Shown piece by piece: positions 18,196-28,305 of a DNA stretch of 64,000 nt. The stretch is from positions 512,001 through 576,000 of the forward strand of contig CAWBKB010000003.1 in assembly GCA_963789265.1 (NCBI GenBank). The letters are read 5' to 3'. This stretch comes from an uncultured delta proteobacterium. Its GTDB lineage: Bacteria; Desulfobacterota; Desulfomonilia; Desulfomonilales; Desulfomonilaceae. The notes beneath the pieces are model-generated. The model searched no databases and was not told the DNA's origin. It saw nothing but the letters and a program-made list of their open reading frames with translations. The position numbers were made by a program, and so were the translations under genes. Each line of letters begins with the position of its first letter. Within the stretch, counting starts at the first letter, position 1.

Positions 18196-19557
18196 CTATT
18201 CGAGCCCGTGCCTCTTGATCTTGCGCCACAGAGATACTCGGTCTATGCTCAAGATTTCAGCCGCCAAGGTCTTGTTTCCCCCCGTTTCCGCCAACACCCT
18301 CTTGATATAATCGATTTCCTGTTCCTCAAGCGTTGGCAGCTTTCCATCCTTTCTTCGGAAAGTCTTGATTTTGAATTCTCTGATGTCTTCCGGCAAGTGA
18401 TCGATTTCGATTACACTATCCATTGCCAGCGCCATGCCGCGTTCTATAATATTCTCCAGTTCCCTGACATTTCCCGGAAAATCGTAATCTTTAAGGATAT
18501 TCATCACTTCAGGTGACATGGAAGGCGTGTTTCGCCCCATCAGCTTCGAATGTTTTTCGAGAAAGTGCTGGGCCAGCAATGGGATATCGTTCTTTCGGGC
18601 GGCAAGCGGCGGCAGATCGAGCGAAACCACGTTCAACCGATAGTACAGATCCTTGCGAAATTCATTTGTGTGAACCGCTTCCTGAACGTTCCTATTCGTG
18701 GCGGCAACAAATCGCACATTCACGGTTATTGTACGAGTCCCGCCTACTCTCATCATCTGTCTCTCCTGAATGACCCTGAGGAGCTTCACCTGCATGTTCG
18801 TGGACATTTCGGTGATCTCGTCAAGGAACAGAGTCCCCCCGCTTGCCAACTCTATGATGCCGGACTTGCCCGAATCGGCCCCTGTGTATGCGCCCTTTTC
18901 GTGGCCGAATAGTTCGTTTGTGAGCAACTCTTCGCCGAACACCCCGCAATTTACGGCCATCCATGGCCCGGAACCACGTTTGCTGTGCTCGTGTATGAAC
19001 CTCGCCAGAAGCTCCTTGCCGGTGCCGGATTCGCCACTTATGAGAACGTTACAGTCCGTGAGAGCAACTTGGCGGGCAGTATTCAGAATCCGTAACATTG
19101 CCGGGTCTTTGGTAATGATTCTTACTATGCCTGCATCCTTAAACTTCTTCAGATCTTCCTTAAGCTGAATGTTTTCCTGTCTCAATCTAATCTTCTCAAG
19201 TGCTTCGGATACGACCTTGCGAACAGCGTCGATGCGATAAGGCTTGGAAACATAATGGTACGCACCCTTCTTCATAGCTTCAATGGCTGAATCGACCGTA
19301 GCGTACCCAGTGATCATGATCACCTCACATGAGGGATTGAGCTTTCGGCTCTCTTCCAGGATCTTCATGCCGTCAACTTTTTCCATCCTAAGATCCGTCA
19401 GCACCACATCAAACCCGCCGCTCCTTGCCAGGTCCAATCCCTTGGGGCCCGTATCCGCGGTAACGATGTCATAACCCTGCTTTTTGAGTATGTGCTCGAG
19501 GTTCATCAACGCCATCTCTTCGTCGTCGATCAGGAGTAGTCGTGGAGGATTGTTCAT
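18196..19557 (-). CDS. Sigma54-dependent response regulator (NtrC/AtoC-like)
   Basis: REC domain; GESGTGKE; ELFGHEKGAYTGA; FLDEI; FPGNVRELEN; Fis-type HTH. Confidence 0.95.
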   Translation of the reverse strand: MNNPPRLLLIDDEEMALMNLEHILKKQGYDIVTADTGPKGLDLARSGGFDVVLTDLRMEKVDGMKILEESRKLNPSCEVIMITGYATVDSAIEAMKKGAYHYVSKPYRIDAVRKVVSEALEKIRLRQENIQLKEDLKKFKDAGIVRIITKDPAMLRILNTARQVALTDCNVLISGESGTGKELLARFIHEHSKRGSGPWMAVNCGVFGEELLTNELFGHEKGAYTGADSGKSGIIELASGGTLFLDEITEMSTNMQVKLLRVIQERQMMRVGGTRTITVNVRFVAATNRNVQEAVHTNEFRKDLYYRLNVVSLDLPPLAARKNDIPLLAQHFLEKHSKLMGRNTPSMSPEVMNILKDYDFPGNVRELENIIERGMALAMDSVIEIDHLPEDIREFKIKTFRRKDGKLPTLEEQEIDYIKRVLAETGGNKTLAAEILSIDRVSLWRKIKRHGLE

Positions 19558-21002
19558 TCCGGCGGCTCCTTGGCTGGCAACTTTATGGTAAACGAGGTTC
19601 CCAGGCCGGGGGTGCTCTTGACTTTGATCCGGCCGTTGTGCCTGACGATAATGTCGTGGGTGATGAAGAGTCCTAAACCCGTGCCCTTTCCTACATCCTT
19701 GGTTGTGAAAAAGGGGTCGAAAATCTTCGGCAAATCCTCTTCACGAATGCCTGCTCCCGTGTCCCGTATGACCATCGTGACCGTCTCGTCGTGTGACTCG
19801 TCCGCCCGGATCCTCACTTCTCCTTCCGTTCCACAGGCCTCGATGGCATTGGCTATCAGGTTCATAAAGGCTTGCTGGATCCTCTGTTTGTCAGCGAAAA
19901 TCGTCACGTGAGGAGGAATCTCGGAGAGCACCTCTACACCGGTTGGAATCTGCCCGTGCAGAAGTCCCAAGGTACTCTCAACGATTTGCTTCAGGTTTAG
20001 AGATTCTTTGAAGAATTCTTTATTTCGAGAAAACTCCAGCAGATTTAGGACAATGCCGCGGGCTTTATCGACCTGTTCCACAACCTTTCTTAGTACCTTC
20101 TTATGAAACTCCTTGTCGCCGTCATCAAGTTCTTCCAGAAGGATTTCGCAGGAAGACGAAATGTTCGAGAGGGGATTGTTTACCTCGTGGGCTACTCCCG
20201 CCAGCATTGTGCCGAGAGAGGCAAGCTTCTTGGATTGAACCAATTGCTCCTCTCTCGTCTTCAACTGAACCGCCATTCGGTTGAAAGAATTGAAAATATC
20301 CCGAATTTCCTTTTCAGGTGGTAAATTCTCAATGGGTGTGAATCGGCCCCGGGCTATGTTATGCGTGCTCTCCTCCAATAACCTCAGGGGCTTCATGACC
20401 TTAGCAAACACGAAGCTCCCGACCGCGATCAGACCGATCCCGACGAGGGCAAAAACCAGTAGCTGCAGCCTGACAGTCGTTCCCATGATCTGTTTGATGG
20501 ATTCTCGCTTGCGTTGGGCCACTTTTTTTGCAAAATCCGATATAGAGGAGCCTGCCTTTCGTATCCTGGTCTCAAATTCGGCCCTGCCCTGCGAGCCTGG
20601 AAGACACTTGTCGGCTAAAGCAGGGTTCAAACAATCCGATGCCAACTGTTCATATTCTCGGAGATCCCCCTTAAAACGCGCCTCCTTTTGCGAGGAGGAC
20701 AGGCCGTGTATCTTCGCGGCATTCTTGTTCAGAAGTTTCCGGACCCGGCTGAGATGGTACAAGGCTGTGTTTAAAGATCGTTGATCGCCATATAGAAAAT
20801 AGTTCTTTTCGAAGCGACGAATCTCCAGCACCGATTCTTCCAGTTTGCTGACATCTTCAAGATAGCCGATCTTTTCCTCAAGCTGATGCATAAAATAGTA
20901 GGATCCGAGAAGGCCAACGGACATAAACAGATAAAGTGCCGCCACAGCGATGATGACTTTGTGCCTGATGCTCAGCCTGTTACTAAGCATGTTAATGGGC
21001 AT
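19554..21002 (-). CDS. Membrane sensor histidine kinase (HAMP-HisKA-HATPase)
   Basis: Two TM helices, HAMP, AHEVNNPL, NLIANA, DTGAG, FFTTK..GTGLGL; overlaps the RR start. Confidence 0.95.
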   Translation of the reverse strand: MPINMLSNRLSIRHKVIIAVAALYLFMSVGLLGSYYFMHQLEEKIGYLEDVSKLEESVLEIRRFEKNYFLYGDQRSLNTALYHLSRVRKLLNKNAAKIHGLSSSQKEARFKGDLREYEQLASDCLNPALADKCLPGSQGRAEFETRIRKAGSSISDFAKKVAQRKRESIKQIMGTTVRLQLLVFALVGIGLIAVGSFVFAKVMKPLRLLEESTHNIARGRFTPIENLPPEKEIRDIFNSFNRMAVQLKTREEQLVQSKKLASLGTMLAGVAHEVNNPLSNISSSCEILLEELDDGDKEFHKKVLRKVVEQVDKARGIVLNLLEFSRNKEFFKESLNLKQIVESTLGLLHGQIPTGVEVLSEIPPHVTIFADKQRIQQAFMNLIANAIEACGTEGEVRIRADESHDETVTMVIRDTGAGIREEDLPKIFDPFFTTKDVGKGTGLGLFITHDIIVRHNGRIKVKSTPGLGTSFTIKLPAKEPPE

Positions 21003-21178
21003 TGATTATCCTCGGGCCGGCCTGCCGTGCAGGCCGGACTAAGATGCCCCAAGTATAGGGCAATATCCGTTCCATCTCGTGAGGCTCACCACCCGAGGCT
21101 AACATTCTTTTAATATTAGCATTATCAATGTTAAACTTCGTCGTGTTATGTGATGACACATCCTTACCGTCAAAGGCG

Positions 21179-21516
21179 TGTTGCATTATGCAACAATATC
21201 GCTGCTTACTGGACTGATCCGGTAAATTTGGGTATATTTTCTTTAAGACAGCGCGTCAAGCAATACGTTGCGTAACGCAACACTTTTCTCTCGGCTCGCA
21301 GCGTAAGATCGAAAAGAAAATCGTCGGCCGTAGCTAGAATCTGCAGATAACGCAAGCCTTCAGCGGTTCGCTCCCGCAGAAGACGGCGCAATCAATTGAC
21401 ACTTTTTCCGAATGATCTCTTCAGAGATATGCGGCGGAGCGAGCCCATGACGCTGGACGAGCTTTGGCGACCGGAAAGGTTGACGTTTCCCGAGGTCGTT
21501 GTTGCACAATGCAACG
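21179..21516. promoter_or_regulatory. Three 17-bp GTTGCA-N3-TGCAAC type palindromes
   Basis: TGTTGCATTATGCAACA (21179-21195), CGTTGCGTAACGCAACA (21266-21282), TGTTGCACAATGCAACG (21500-21516). Confidence 0.75.
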
Positions 21517-21689
21517 CTCAGTCGGACTGTGCAAGATCATGTACCCTTTGCAAGCCTCCAACAATGAATCATGGAGTCGACCTGTTGCGACAACCTGTGG
21601 AGCGTTTACCATTGCCCAATTCTGGAGATACAGCGGATGGGTTGTCGAATGCTTGCTCTATTCCAGGGCCGGACGGTCATTATCAATTT

Positions 21690-21705
21690 TGGCATTTAAG
21701 TTGCA
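21690..21705 (+). promoter_or_regulatory. Sigma54 promoter
   Basis: TGGCAT-TTAAG-TTGCA upstream of the RBS of ORF 21730. Confidence 0.75.
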
Positions 21706-21729
21706 TCCTAAGAGAAGAAGGAGGTTGCC

Positions 21730-22443
21730 ATGAAAAAGACCAAGAAAAAAATTACCTCCATGCTGAATGCTATCACATCTTCGGGCTCGACGGGCGGTGA
21801 GAGCCCCGACGAACCGACTCGCGATAGACCCGGATCCGGACAGTCCGGTGAGTCAGGCTCCGCAAACCAAGCGGTTCCGACCAAATCGAGACTCCAGAGT
21901 TTTCGCGAACGTTTGCAGAAGCAGATGGCAGCAATTGCTTACGCAGAGGTTGGCGAGTTTCAGACAGCCACAGAACTCGCAGCGACTTCGGAACCATCCA
22001 AAACCGTCCTTCTCGTTATCGAGGGCGAGTCTCCGGATCCCGCGCCGTTCGCCTACGCGTTGAATTTATGCAAGCGAACAAACGCGGAACTGGACGTCCT
22101 TCAGGTGATCGAACAATCGCGGGAAGGTGAAGACTATGAGCTATTAAGTCACAAGATGATGGAAGGCTCTCGTAATATTGTGGCTCTTGTCCGACAATTG
22201 GAAGAGGATGACATCCCGTTCAAAGTGACCATAAGACTTGGCGACGCAAGCCAGAAGCTGTTCAATTATGCTAAGCGGCACAAGGATGTCGCAATGGTGA
22301 TATTCGATTCGCCTAGACTACGAAAAGAGACTGAGAAGAGCCAGGCATGGGTAAAGGTCCTTGAAAGCATTTCCCACCAACTCTCTATTCCACTTATAAC
22401 TGTGCTGGAAAAACAGGCCGTGCCTCTGCCTGTGCGAGGGTGA
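21730..22443 (+). CDS. Universal stress protein (USP)-like domain protein with AIAYAEVGE motif
   Basis: TVLLVIEG...AYALNLCKRTNAELDVLQV...IRLGD...LSIPLITV USP-like pattern; AGGAGG RBS. Confidence 0.7.
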   Translation: MKKTKKKITSMLNAITSSGSTGGESPDEPTRDRPGSGQSGESGSANQAVPTKSRLQSFRERLQKQMAAIAYAEVGEFQTATELAATSEPSKTVLLVIEGESPDPAPFAYALNLCKRTNAELDVLQVIEQSREGEDYELLSHKMMEGSRNIVALVRQLEEDDIPFKVTIRLGDASQKLFNYAKRHKDVAMVIFDSPRLRKETEKSQAWVKVLESISHQLSIPLITVLEKQAVPLPVRG

Positions 22444-22565
22444 GCTAATTCTCTGCCGCCGGTGACGCTTTCATTCTTGAGCGGTCCACCCACGGTAATT
22501 TTACCGTTTCTGTTGAGATCGGCGGCTTCCCGCCGCAACAGGCGGGCTGATCATGGGCAACCGAG

Positions 22566-22751
22566 TCACATCTCCTCAATTTTGATGGCCTGTTCAGGGC
22601 ATACAACCACGCATGAATCGCATTTCGTACAGTCCCCAGGTTTGGCCACTCGCACTCCTTCAGCGTCCATATCAAACACGTCCTCAGGGCATATTCTGAA
22701 ACAGTCACCGTGGTTCTTGCATTTGCTCGCATCTATTTTTGGAAAGTACAT
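22566..22751 (-). CDS. Small ferredoxin (CxxHxxCxxxCP + CxxCxxCxxxCP)
   Basis: CKNHGDCFRICP and CTKCDSCVVVCP; GAGG RBS right after the phaC stop. Confidence 0.85.
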   Translation of the reverse strand: MYFPKIDASKCKNHGDCFRICPEDVFDMDAEGVRVAKPGDCTKCDSCVVVCPEQAIKIEEM

Positions 22752-22756
22752 ATCCT

Positions 22757-23866
22757 CTAATCAGCTACCTGACGCAGTTTGGTAACCGGCTTGCGACTTT
22801 TAGATCTCTCCCAAAGCCAGTCCGAGACGAGGGGAGGTAAGTTCTTCTGCGTCTTGGACGAAACATATATTCCGATGTGCCCTACAGGGAAAGCGGTTGT
22901 GGTAACGTCCCTGCTGCCCACGTACTTCTCTAACGGCCTCGAAGAGGACGGCGGGACAAGATGATCCTGCTCTGCATAGATGTTCAAGATAGGCTGCGTG
23001 ATCTTTTTGAGATCAACTTTGCGATTACTAATTTCGAGTTCGCCTTTGACCAACTTGTTCCCCTGATAAAGGTCCTTCACGAACTTTTTCCATGTTGCTC
23101 CAGCCTGATCCGGGCTGTCAAAAATCCATCTTTCCATCCTCAGGAATGATTCCACATTCTTTGGATTGTCCATTGATTCCAAAAAGTTAACGTACTTATC
23201 CATCATAAGTGAAAATGGTTTCAGCATCAGGAATCCTACATTGAGAAAATCACCGGGTATATTCCCGAGAGTATCAGCCATAAGATCCGCATTGAGGTAG
23301 CGGGCCCAAAGGTTTAGAAGCCCGTCGTCCGCCGAAAAATCTATCGGGGCCACCATGAGCACGAGATTGCGGATCTTTTCAGGATAAAGCGCGGTGAAAA
23401 TGGCAGACAGTGTCCCGCCTTGACAGACACCCAGAAGATTGATGGCCGGCACCCCAGTCCGCTCCCTGACGAAATCCACAGCATCGGACAAATAGACGTC
23501 AATGTAGTCGTCAAATTCGACGAACCGGTCCATTTTCCCGGCATATCCCCAATCAATCATGTAGATGTCCATGCCCAGATTCAGGAGATTTTTTATGAGG
23601 CTGCGATCGGGCTGCAAGTCCATCATGTACTGGCGGTTGACCAGTGCGTAACAGATCAGCAAAGGAACGGGGCAGACTGTATCGCTCGTGGGTTCGTAAT
23701 GATAGACCGTCATCTTGTCTTCTTGAAACACGGGGGTCTTTTCGGTAGCTTCGCCATTAATTTCTCCGGTTGCGATCAAGTTGTTGAGTCCTCGTGCCAT
23801 TTTCTCAGTTGTTTCAATCCAGCGTGCGGCAAATCTTCCTGCAAGCTGCTCGTCAAATGTTTTCAT
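22757..23866 (-). CDS. phaC: Class III poly(3-hydroxyalkanoate) synthase subunit PhaC
   Basis: YALVNRQYMMDLQPDRS, IDWG, LLGVCQGG (catalytic Cys), FLRMERWIFDSPDQAG, DHLVPP, GHIG. Confidence 0.95.
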   Translation of the reverse strand: MKTFDEQLAGRFAARWIETTEKMARGLNNLIATGEINGEATEKTPVFQEDKMTVYHYEPTSDTVCPVPLLICYALVNRQYMMDLQPDRSLIKNLLNLGMDIYMIDWGYAGKMDRFVEFDDYIDVYLSDAVDFVRERTGVPAINLLGVCQGGTLSAIFTALYPEKIRNLVLMVAPIDFSADDGLLNLWARYLNADLMADTLGNIPGDFLNVGFLMLKPFSLMMDKYVNFLESMDNPKNVESFLRMERWIFDSPDQAGATWKKFVKDLYQGNKLVKGELEISNRKVDLKKITQPILNIYAEQDHLVPPSSSRPLEKYVGSRDVTTTAFPVGHIGIYVSSKTQKNLPPLVSDWLWERSKSRKPVTKLRQVAD

Positions 23867-24909
23867 GACACAATCTCCTTGGCGCGGTTGTCTACAATTT
23901 TTTGCTTCAAAGTTTTCAATTCCAGCTCGAGAGTGCGGATCCTTTTCTTCATGTGATAGACCGCTTCGTACACTTCGTCCATGTCCTTCTTGCTGGGAAT
24001 ATTCCAGAAAGAGAGCCCGTCCGCTGTGACCGTGTCCATTTTCTTTTTGGCATCAAGGCCTCTGTGGACCGTGTTGGCTAATGTTTGGCAGAAAGTCTCG
24101 GATCTGAAGAGATCGATGAACGCGTCCTCGTTATTGGAAACCCAAATCTTATAGAATAGCTGATAGGTTTCAGGAGTGACCTCTTTTATGTCCATCTTAA
24201 CAATATGGTCCACCACGTTATCCATAGCGGTTCTTGCGGCGGCGAGCACCTGCTCTTGAAAAACCGGCAGTGTATTCAAGAATCTGATTTGAGCGTCTAG
24301 GGCCTTTTTTGTCCGCTCCTCGTATTCGCGAGTCAAACCCAGTCCCGGCAAACGAAAGAGCTTGCCCACTGTTTTTTCATAGGTTTCAGTCCAAAGAGAG
24401 AATAGATTTTTACCTGTCCCCGCGGTGCCTGGAAAGCTCCATCCCAAAGACGCAGCCATGTCGCCGAATTGCGGCATCGGGCTGTCTCGTAAGCCCGCGA
24501 AATTTTCCATGAATGAACGCCACGGTTGCATTGCGCGCTCAATTTCACTGGCAGCAGGAACTCCAAACATCTCGCGTACCAATTTCTCGTGGGCTTGTGC
24601 CCATTTGTCCTTCATTCCTTTCAGGGTGCCCGGGTCGGCGGCATGCTTCACTAATTCGGGCAGGTCCTGTGCTGCCAGATTAACCAACTCTTGAAATTTC
24701 AGAGCGATGGAACTTGAATCAACAATTTTTGCAAATGTTGAGGGGTTGATCCAGTTCAGCATGAGCTTCTGATAATTATTATAAACATTTTGTACACCCG
24801 CGCCTTTGACAGCCTCACTCCATGCCGTTGCCAGTCGAGCGGAAGATTCCGACATATTCTTGACAAATTCTTCCTGCATCTTTGTAACATTTGCTGTTTG
24901 CATTTGCAT
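23863..24909 (-). CDS. phaE: Class III PHA synthase subunit PhaE
   Basis: LPGLGLTREYEE, FYKIWV..NEDAF, NIPSKKDMDEVY..HMKKRIR; ATGA overlap with phaC. Confidence 0.85.
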   Translation of the reverse strand: MQMQTANVTKMQEEFVKNMSESSARLATAWSEAVKGAGVQNVYNNYQKLMLNWINPSTFAKIVDSSSIALKFQELVNLAAQDLPELVKHAADPGTLKGMKDKWAQAHEKLVREMFGVPAASEIERAMQPWRSFMENFAGLRDSPMPQFGDMAASLGWSFPGTAGTGKNLFSLWTETYEKTVGKLFRLPGLGLTREYEERTKKALDAQIRFLNTLPVFQEQVLAAARTAMDNVVDHIVKMDIKEVTPETYQLFYKIWVSNNEDAFIDLFRSETFCQTLANTVHRGLDAKKKMDTVTADGLSFWNIPSKKDMDEVYEAVYHMKKRIRTLELELKTLKQKIVDNRAKEIVS

Positions 24910-25001
24910 TACCCCACTTTTAATTGTCTTGGAAAAGGTTATGCTGATGATTCTCGATATATGCAGACACTGCAATTTGGTCGCAAAATAATTACCGCGA
25001 C

Positions 25002-25406
25002 TCAATCCACGTTTTCGACGAGAACCACGGATTCTCCGGTGAGGATCAATTCACCCTTTTGATTTTCGCAATTGGTTTCCAGCGTGATGATAGGCTTGTC
25101 TTGCCGTACTTGGAGGACCTTCACCTTAGCCGTCAAAGTGTCGCCGGGAAACACAGGGGCCCGAAACTTCACGGTTTGGCTAAGATATATGGTCCCGGGA
25201 CCAGGGAGCTTTGTCCCCAAAACCGCAGAAATGAGAGACAGGCCCCACATGCCGTGTGCGATCCGCCGCCCAAAGCGCGTCTTTTTGGCGAAATCCGGGT
25301 CCACATGGACCGGATTCATGTCCCCGACCAGTTTTGCAAATTGTTCTATGTCGCTTTGGGTCACGGTCTTTGCAAGTGTGGCCGTGTCGCCTTCTTTAGG
25401 TATCAT
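25002..25406 (-). CDS. phaJ: MaoC family (R)-specific enoyl-CoA hydratase
   Basis: GDMNPVHVD...FGRRIAHGM...LPGPG hydratase motif, located in the PHA cluster. Confidence 0.85.
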   Translation of the reverse strand: MIPKEGDTATLAKTVTQSDIEQFAKLVGDMNPVHVDPDFAKKTRFGRRIAHGMWGLSLISAVLGTKLPGPGTIYLSQTVKFRAPVFPGDTLTAKVKVLQVRQDKPIITLETNCENQKGELILTGESVVLVENVD

Positions 25407-25615
25407 ATCTTCTCTCCCCGACTTCAATTAAGAAAACCGGCATCAACCAAGCAAGTGTCGTGGTATCAAATTTCAAAGGAATCCGCCGGGTCGCCCGGTG
25501 CCAAGGATCGGCCCGACTAATATTTCCAATTTGTAAATCGCTGCCGGCGGTTTATGGGGGTCGCAACAGGAGGCGCCGGGGGTGAAAAATTGTTTCCCGG
25601 CGCTCATGTCCAAGG

Positions 25616-25999
25616 TCAGGCCTGGGGGTGAGAGGCCCCTTCTTTAAGAAAATTTGCCAAGTTGCCGAAAAACTCTCGCGTCTTCTGTTCCTGATTCTGC
25701 TGAACGCTCTTTAATTCTTCCCAGTTTTGTCGAATTTGCTTCTCCATTGCCTGGCGATAGCTTCTGGTTTCCTTCAGAGACTTCAACAACATCTCCAGGC
25801 TTTGATCCATCATCTGGTTCCAACTCGATACACTCATCTGGTAACCGGACCGCATCATCTCCATCCACGGATTAACATTTTCACCCATCGCAAACCCAGG
25901 GCCCGGCCAAGGCATATCCGAGACCGCCTTGCGCCAGTAATCCATAATCTCCGTGTTCATCTTCGTCATTTGCTCGTAGGCATCAAGTAATTGATTCAT
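25616..25999 (-). CDS. Putative phasin-like (granule-associated) helical protein
   Basis: Amphipathic Q/M/W-rich helical sequence, AAGGAG RBS, position within the PHA cluster. Confidence 0.55.
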   Translation of the reverse strand: MNQLLDAYEQMTKMNTEIMDYWRKAVSDMPWPGPGFAMGENVNPWMEMMRSGYQMSVSSWNQMMDQSLEMLLKSLKETRSYRQAMEKQIRQNWEELKSVQQNQEQKTREFFGNLANFLKEGASHPQA

Positions 26000-26239
26000 T
26001 TTCTTCTCCTTGGTTCAAAAGTTAAGTCAATTGAAAGAGTTTGTGGCGAATAAAGTTTTAAGCCAATCTGTAATAGCTCTTTCTTCCAGCAAGAATTCTA
26101 TGGACCCCTGAGGATTAAATATATCCCAGTCCGGCAATGATTGTCAACACTGGCCATTCGCACTTTCAGTCATCTGAACGCCAAATCCCCACCGGGCGTT
26201 TCGGGTGCAAGTGGGTTCCAAGCGGCCCTGGAGACCGGG

Positions 26240-27835
26240 TCAGCGCGTCGGAGGACCCGGTTGCAGCACCAAGTTCAGGAGAGCCTTTTCACGGGACATG
26301 GCTTCATCCAAGTCCAGATGAAACCGCACCGGACCTCGTTGACCGTTGGGTAATCTCTTGTGCAGGGCATACTCAGAATCCGGATCCGACCAGGTAGTAA
26401 ATATGGCCGCGTGTCCTTTCGGGAGCTCGGTAACCTCCGCTTCCACGAAATCCAGCGGAGCCAAAGCGGAGGGCGGTTCCACAAGTTTGTCGTCTCTACC
26501 ATAGCAAATCAGCAACTTGATACCTTTTTCCCTAATGTACTTTAAATTAAGTCGCCGTCCGAACAACTTGAAAGGCAAATCGCCATCGGCGGAAATGGGA
26601 ACTGTGTACCAAAGTCTACTCAATTCGGTAATGGCTATAGGCAAGTCGGTTCGATCGTACACCAGCCAGTGGTTGATGGCTGCCGCGGTTTTGCCGATAC
26701 CCTTAACCCCATCCCGCACATTTTCCTCGAATGCATCTATGTCGCTGTAATATGTGTATAGCGGAGCCTCCTTTTCGATGCTCTTCAATTTATAGACCCA
26801 GCTCATGATTTTGCCATCTATCACGCGATTTCCATTAGGCAGTGTCTTGGTGGCGTAGGCCAGGCTCCGGAATCTTGGGACCACTTCATCGAGGTAATGT
26901 TTCAGCCCTTCGCTTTTCGTACCGTCTATCGGTGAGTTGCTGGTGATCAGCGCGTCCACCAAGCCTTCAAGCTCACCTGACAGCAAAGCGGTCAGCAAAT
27001 TGAAGCCTCCCTGACATGCACCGTTGAGTGTCACTTTCTTGCCGTGGCGCCCAACTATGACTTCACTAAATCGCCGTGTGTCCAAAACATCGTCTTCGCC
27101 GGTCATCACTTGCACTCCAGGGTAAGTATCAATTTCTTTGATTATCCTGACGTACGTGGGGATGCCCTGGTTGGCGAACGTGTGCACGTAGCTCTTTCGT
27201 TCGCCTGGAAGGAATGCAAGAATATTTGGTCCCAAAACGTAGGGATGCGCAATAAGGATAGGCTTTACCTCGGGACGGACCCTGACGTTCGGCTCCGTCG
27301 GGAGTACCTGGTAAAGGCTCATCCTTTCAGTCTCATCGACCAGCGTGTATCTTCCGTTGTCAAAATGGAAGCCAAACTCTTTTTCGATGTCCGCGATCGC
27401 CTCGGGATAGTCCGTGAGGAGTCTCTCGAGCGCCTCGGCCTCTTTGGCCATGTACTCGTCCACGGTTTCCCCGTGTCGGCCCTCCACTGTGTTGATGAAG
27501 GCAAATGCGAATCGCTGGAACTCACGCAAGTGGTATCCGAGGGCCTTGTTCACAGAGCTTTGCCATGCGGTACCGGAAAGCATTAAATTAAAGGCCAAGA
27601 GTTCCGCGTAATCGCGGACGTTTTCAAAAGTGCTTTCCCGAAATATTCTGGTCTCTTCGTCCCTGAAAGACCTTGAGGCCAAGAAAAAGGGCTCGAGAAA
27701 AGCGTTGCCGTACCGGAACATACCGGTCCAGTAAAACGCAGCTATTCTCATGCCGTTTAGAGTTGCCGACCATGCTTTGAGTGGCATTGTCCAAAAATTC
27801 ATAAACAGATTTTCGTTTGCTATGGACTTTTCCAT
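26240..27835 (-). CDS. Divergent PhaC-like alpha/beta-hydrolase
   Basis: LYQVLPT..VKPILI.HPYVLG, NGACQGG lipase box, SPIDG, DDKLVEP, KGHAA; GGAGG RBS before ATG 27835. Confidence 0.75.
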   Translation of the reverse strand: MEKSIANENLFMNFWTMPLKAWSATLNGMRIAAFYWTGMFRYGNAFLEPFFLASRSFRDEETRIFRESTFENVRDYAELLAFNLMLSGTAWQSSVNKALGYHLREFQRFAFAFINTVEGRHGETVDEYMAKEAEALERLLTDYPEAIADIEKEFGFHFDNGRYTLVDETERMSLYQVLPTEPNVRVRPEVKPILIAHPYVLGPNILAFLPGERKSYVHTFANQGIPTYVRIIKEIDTYPGVQVMTGEDDVLDTRRFSEVIVGRHGKKVTLNGACQGGFNLLTALLSGELEGLVDALITSNSPIDGTKSEGLKHYLDEVVPRFRSLAYATKTLPNGNRVIDGKIMSWVYKLKSIEKEAPLYTYYSDIDAFEENVRDGVKGIGKTAAAINHWLVYDRTDLPIAITELSRLWYTVPISADGDLPFKLFGRRLNLKYIREKGIKLLICYGRDDKLVEPPSALAPLDFVEAEVTELPKGHAAIFTTWSDPDSEYALHKRLPNGQRGPVRFHLDLDEAMSREKALLNLVLQPGPPTR

Positions 27836-28305
27836 CCGAATTCCTCCACGCGGCCCGTTCGCCATCATTGCCCCCAGCCGCAACCAGCTTGTTAGGTAAG
27901 AATTCTTTCTACGTTTTTGTAATTCGTGCACCGCACTTCGATGCAAAAACAATCGCGTTGGCCCCTCCCCCGTTCCCTTAATACGGACAAGATTTTTTGC
28001 GAAAAGTTTCTTTGCAACGAGCTAGCTGGTGATTATCGGACACCGCCAGGAAGTCAGGATCGAAGAACTCCTTCGCACGCCGCCATCACTTCACTTAAAA
28101 CGAGTGCCTTGACCGAAATTTCAGCAAACTTTTAACGAAGACAGGCAAATTTCGTCAAATTAAGCAGGAAGTCGACGAAGAGGCAACTTGAAAATTCGGA
28201 CCCTCTAGCGGTCCTCCTAGATACTTTCGGTGTACAAAACCTTGGACGGTGAGAATATGAGCCGTCAAAAGACACGTACTTCGGAAAGAAGAAGGAATAC
28301 GGTCG

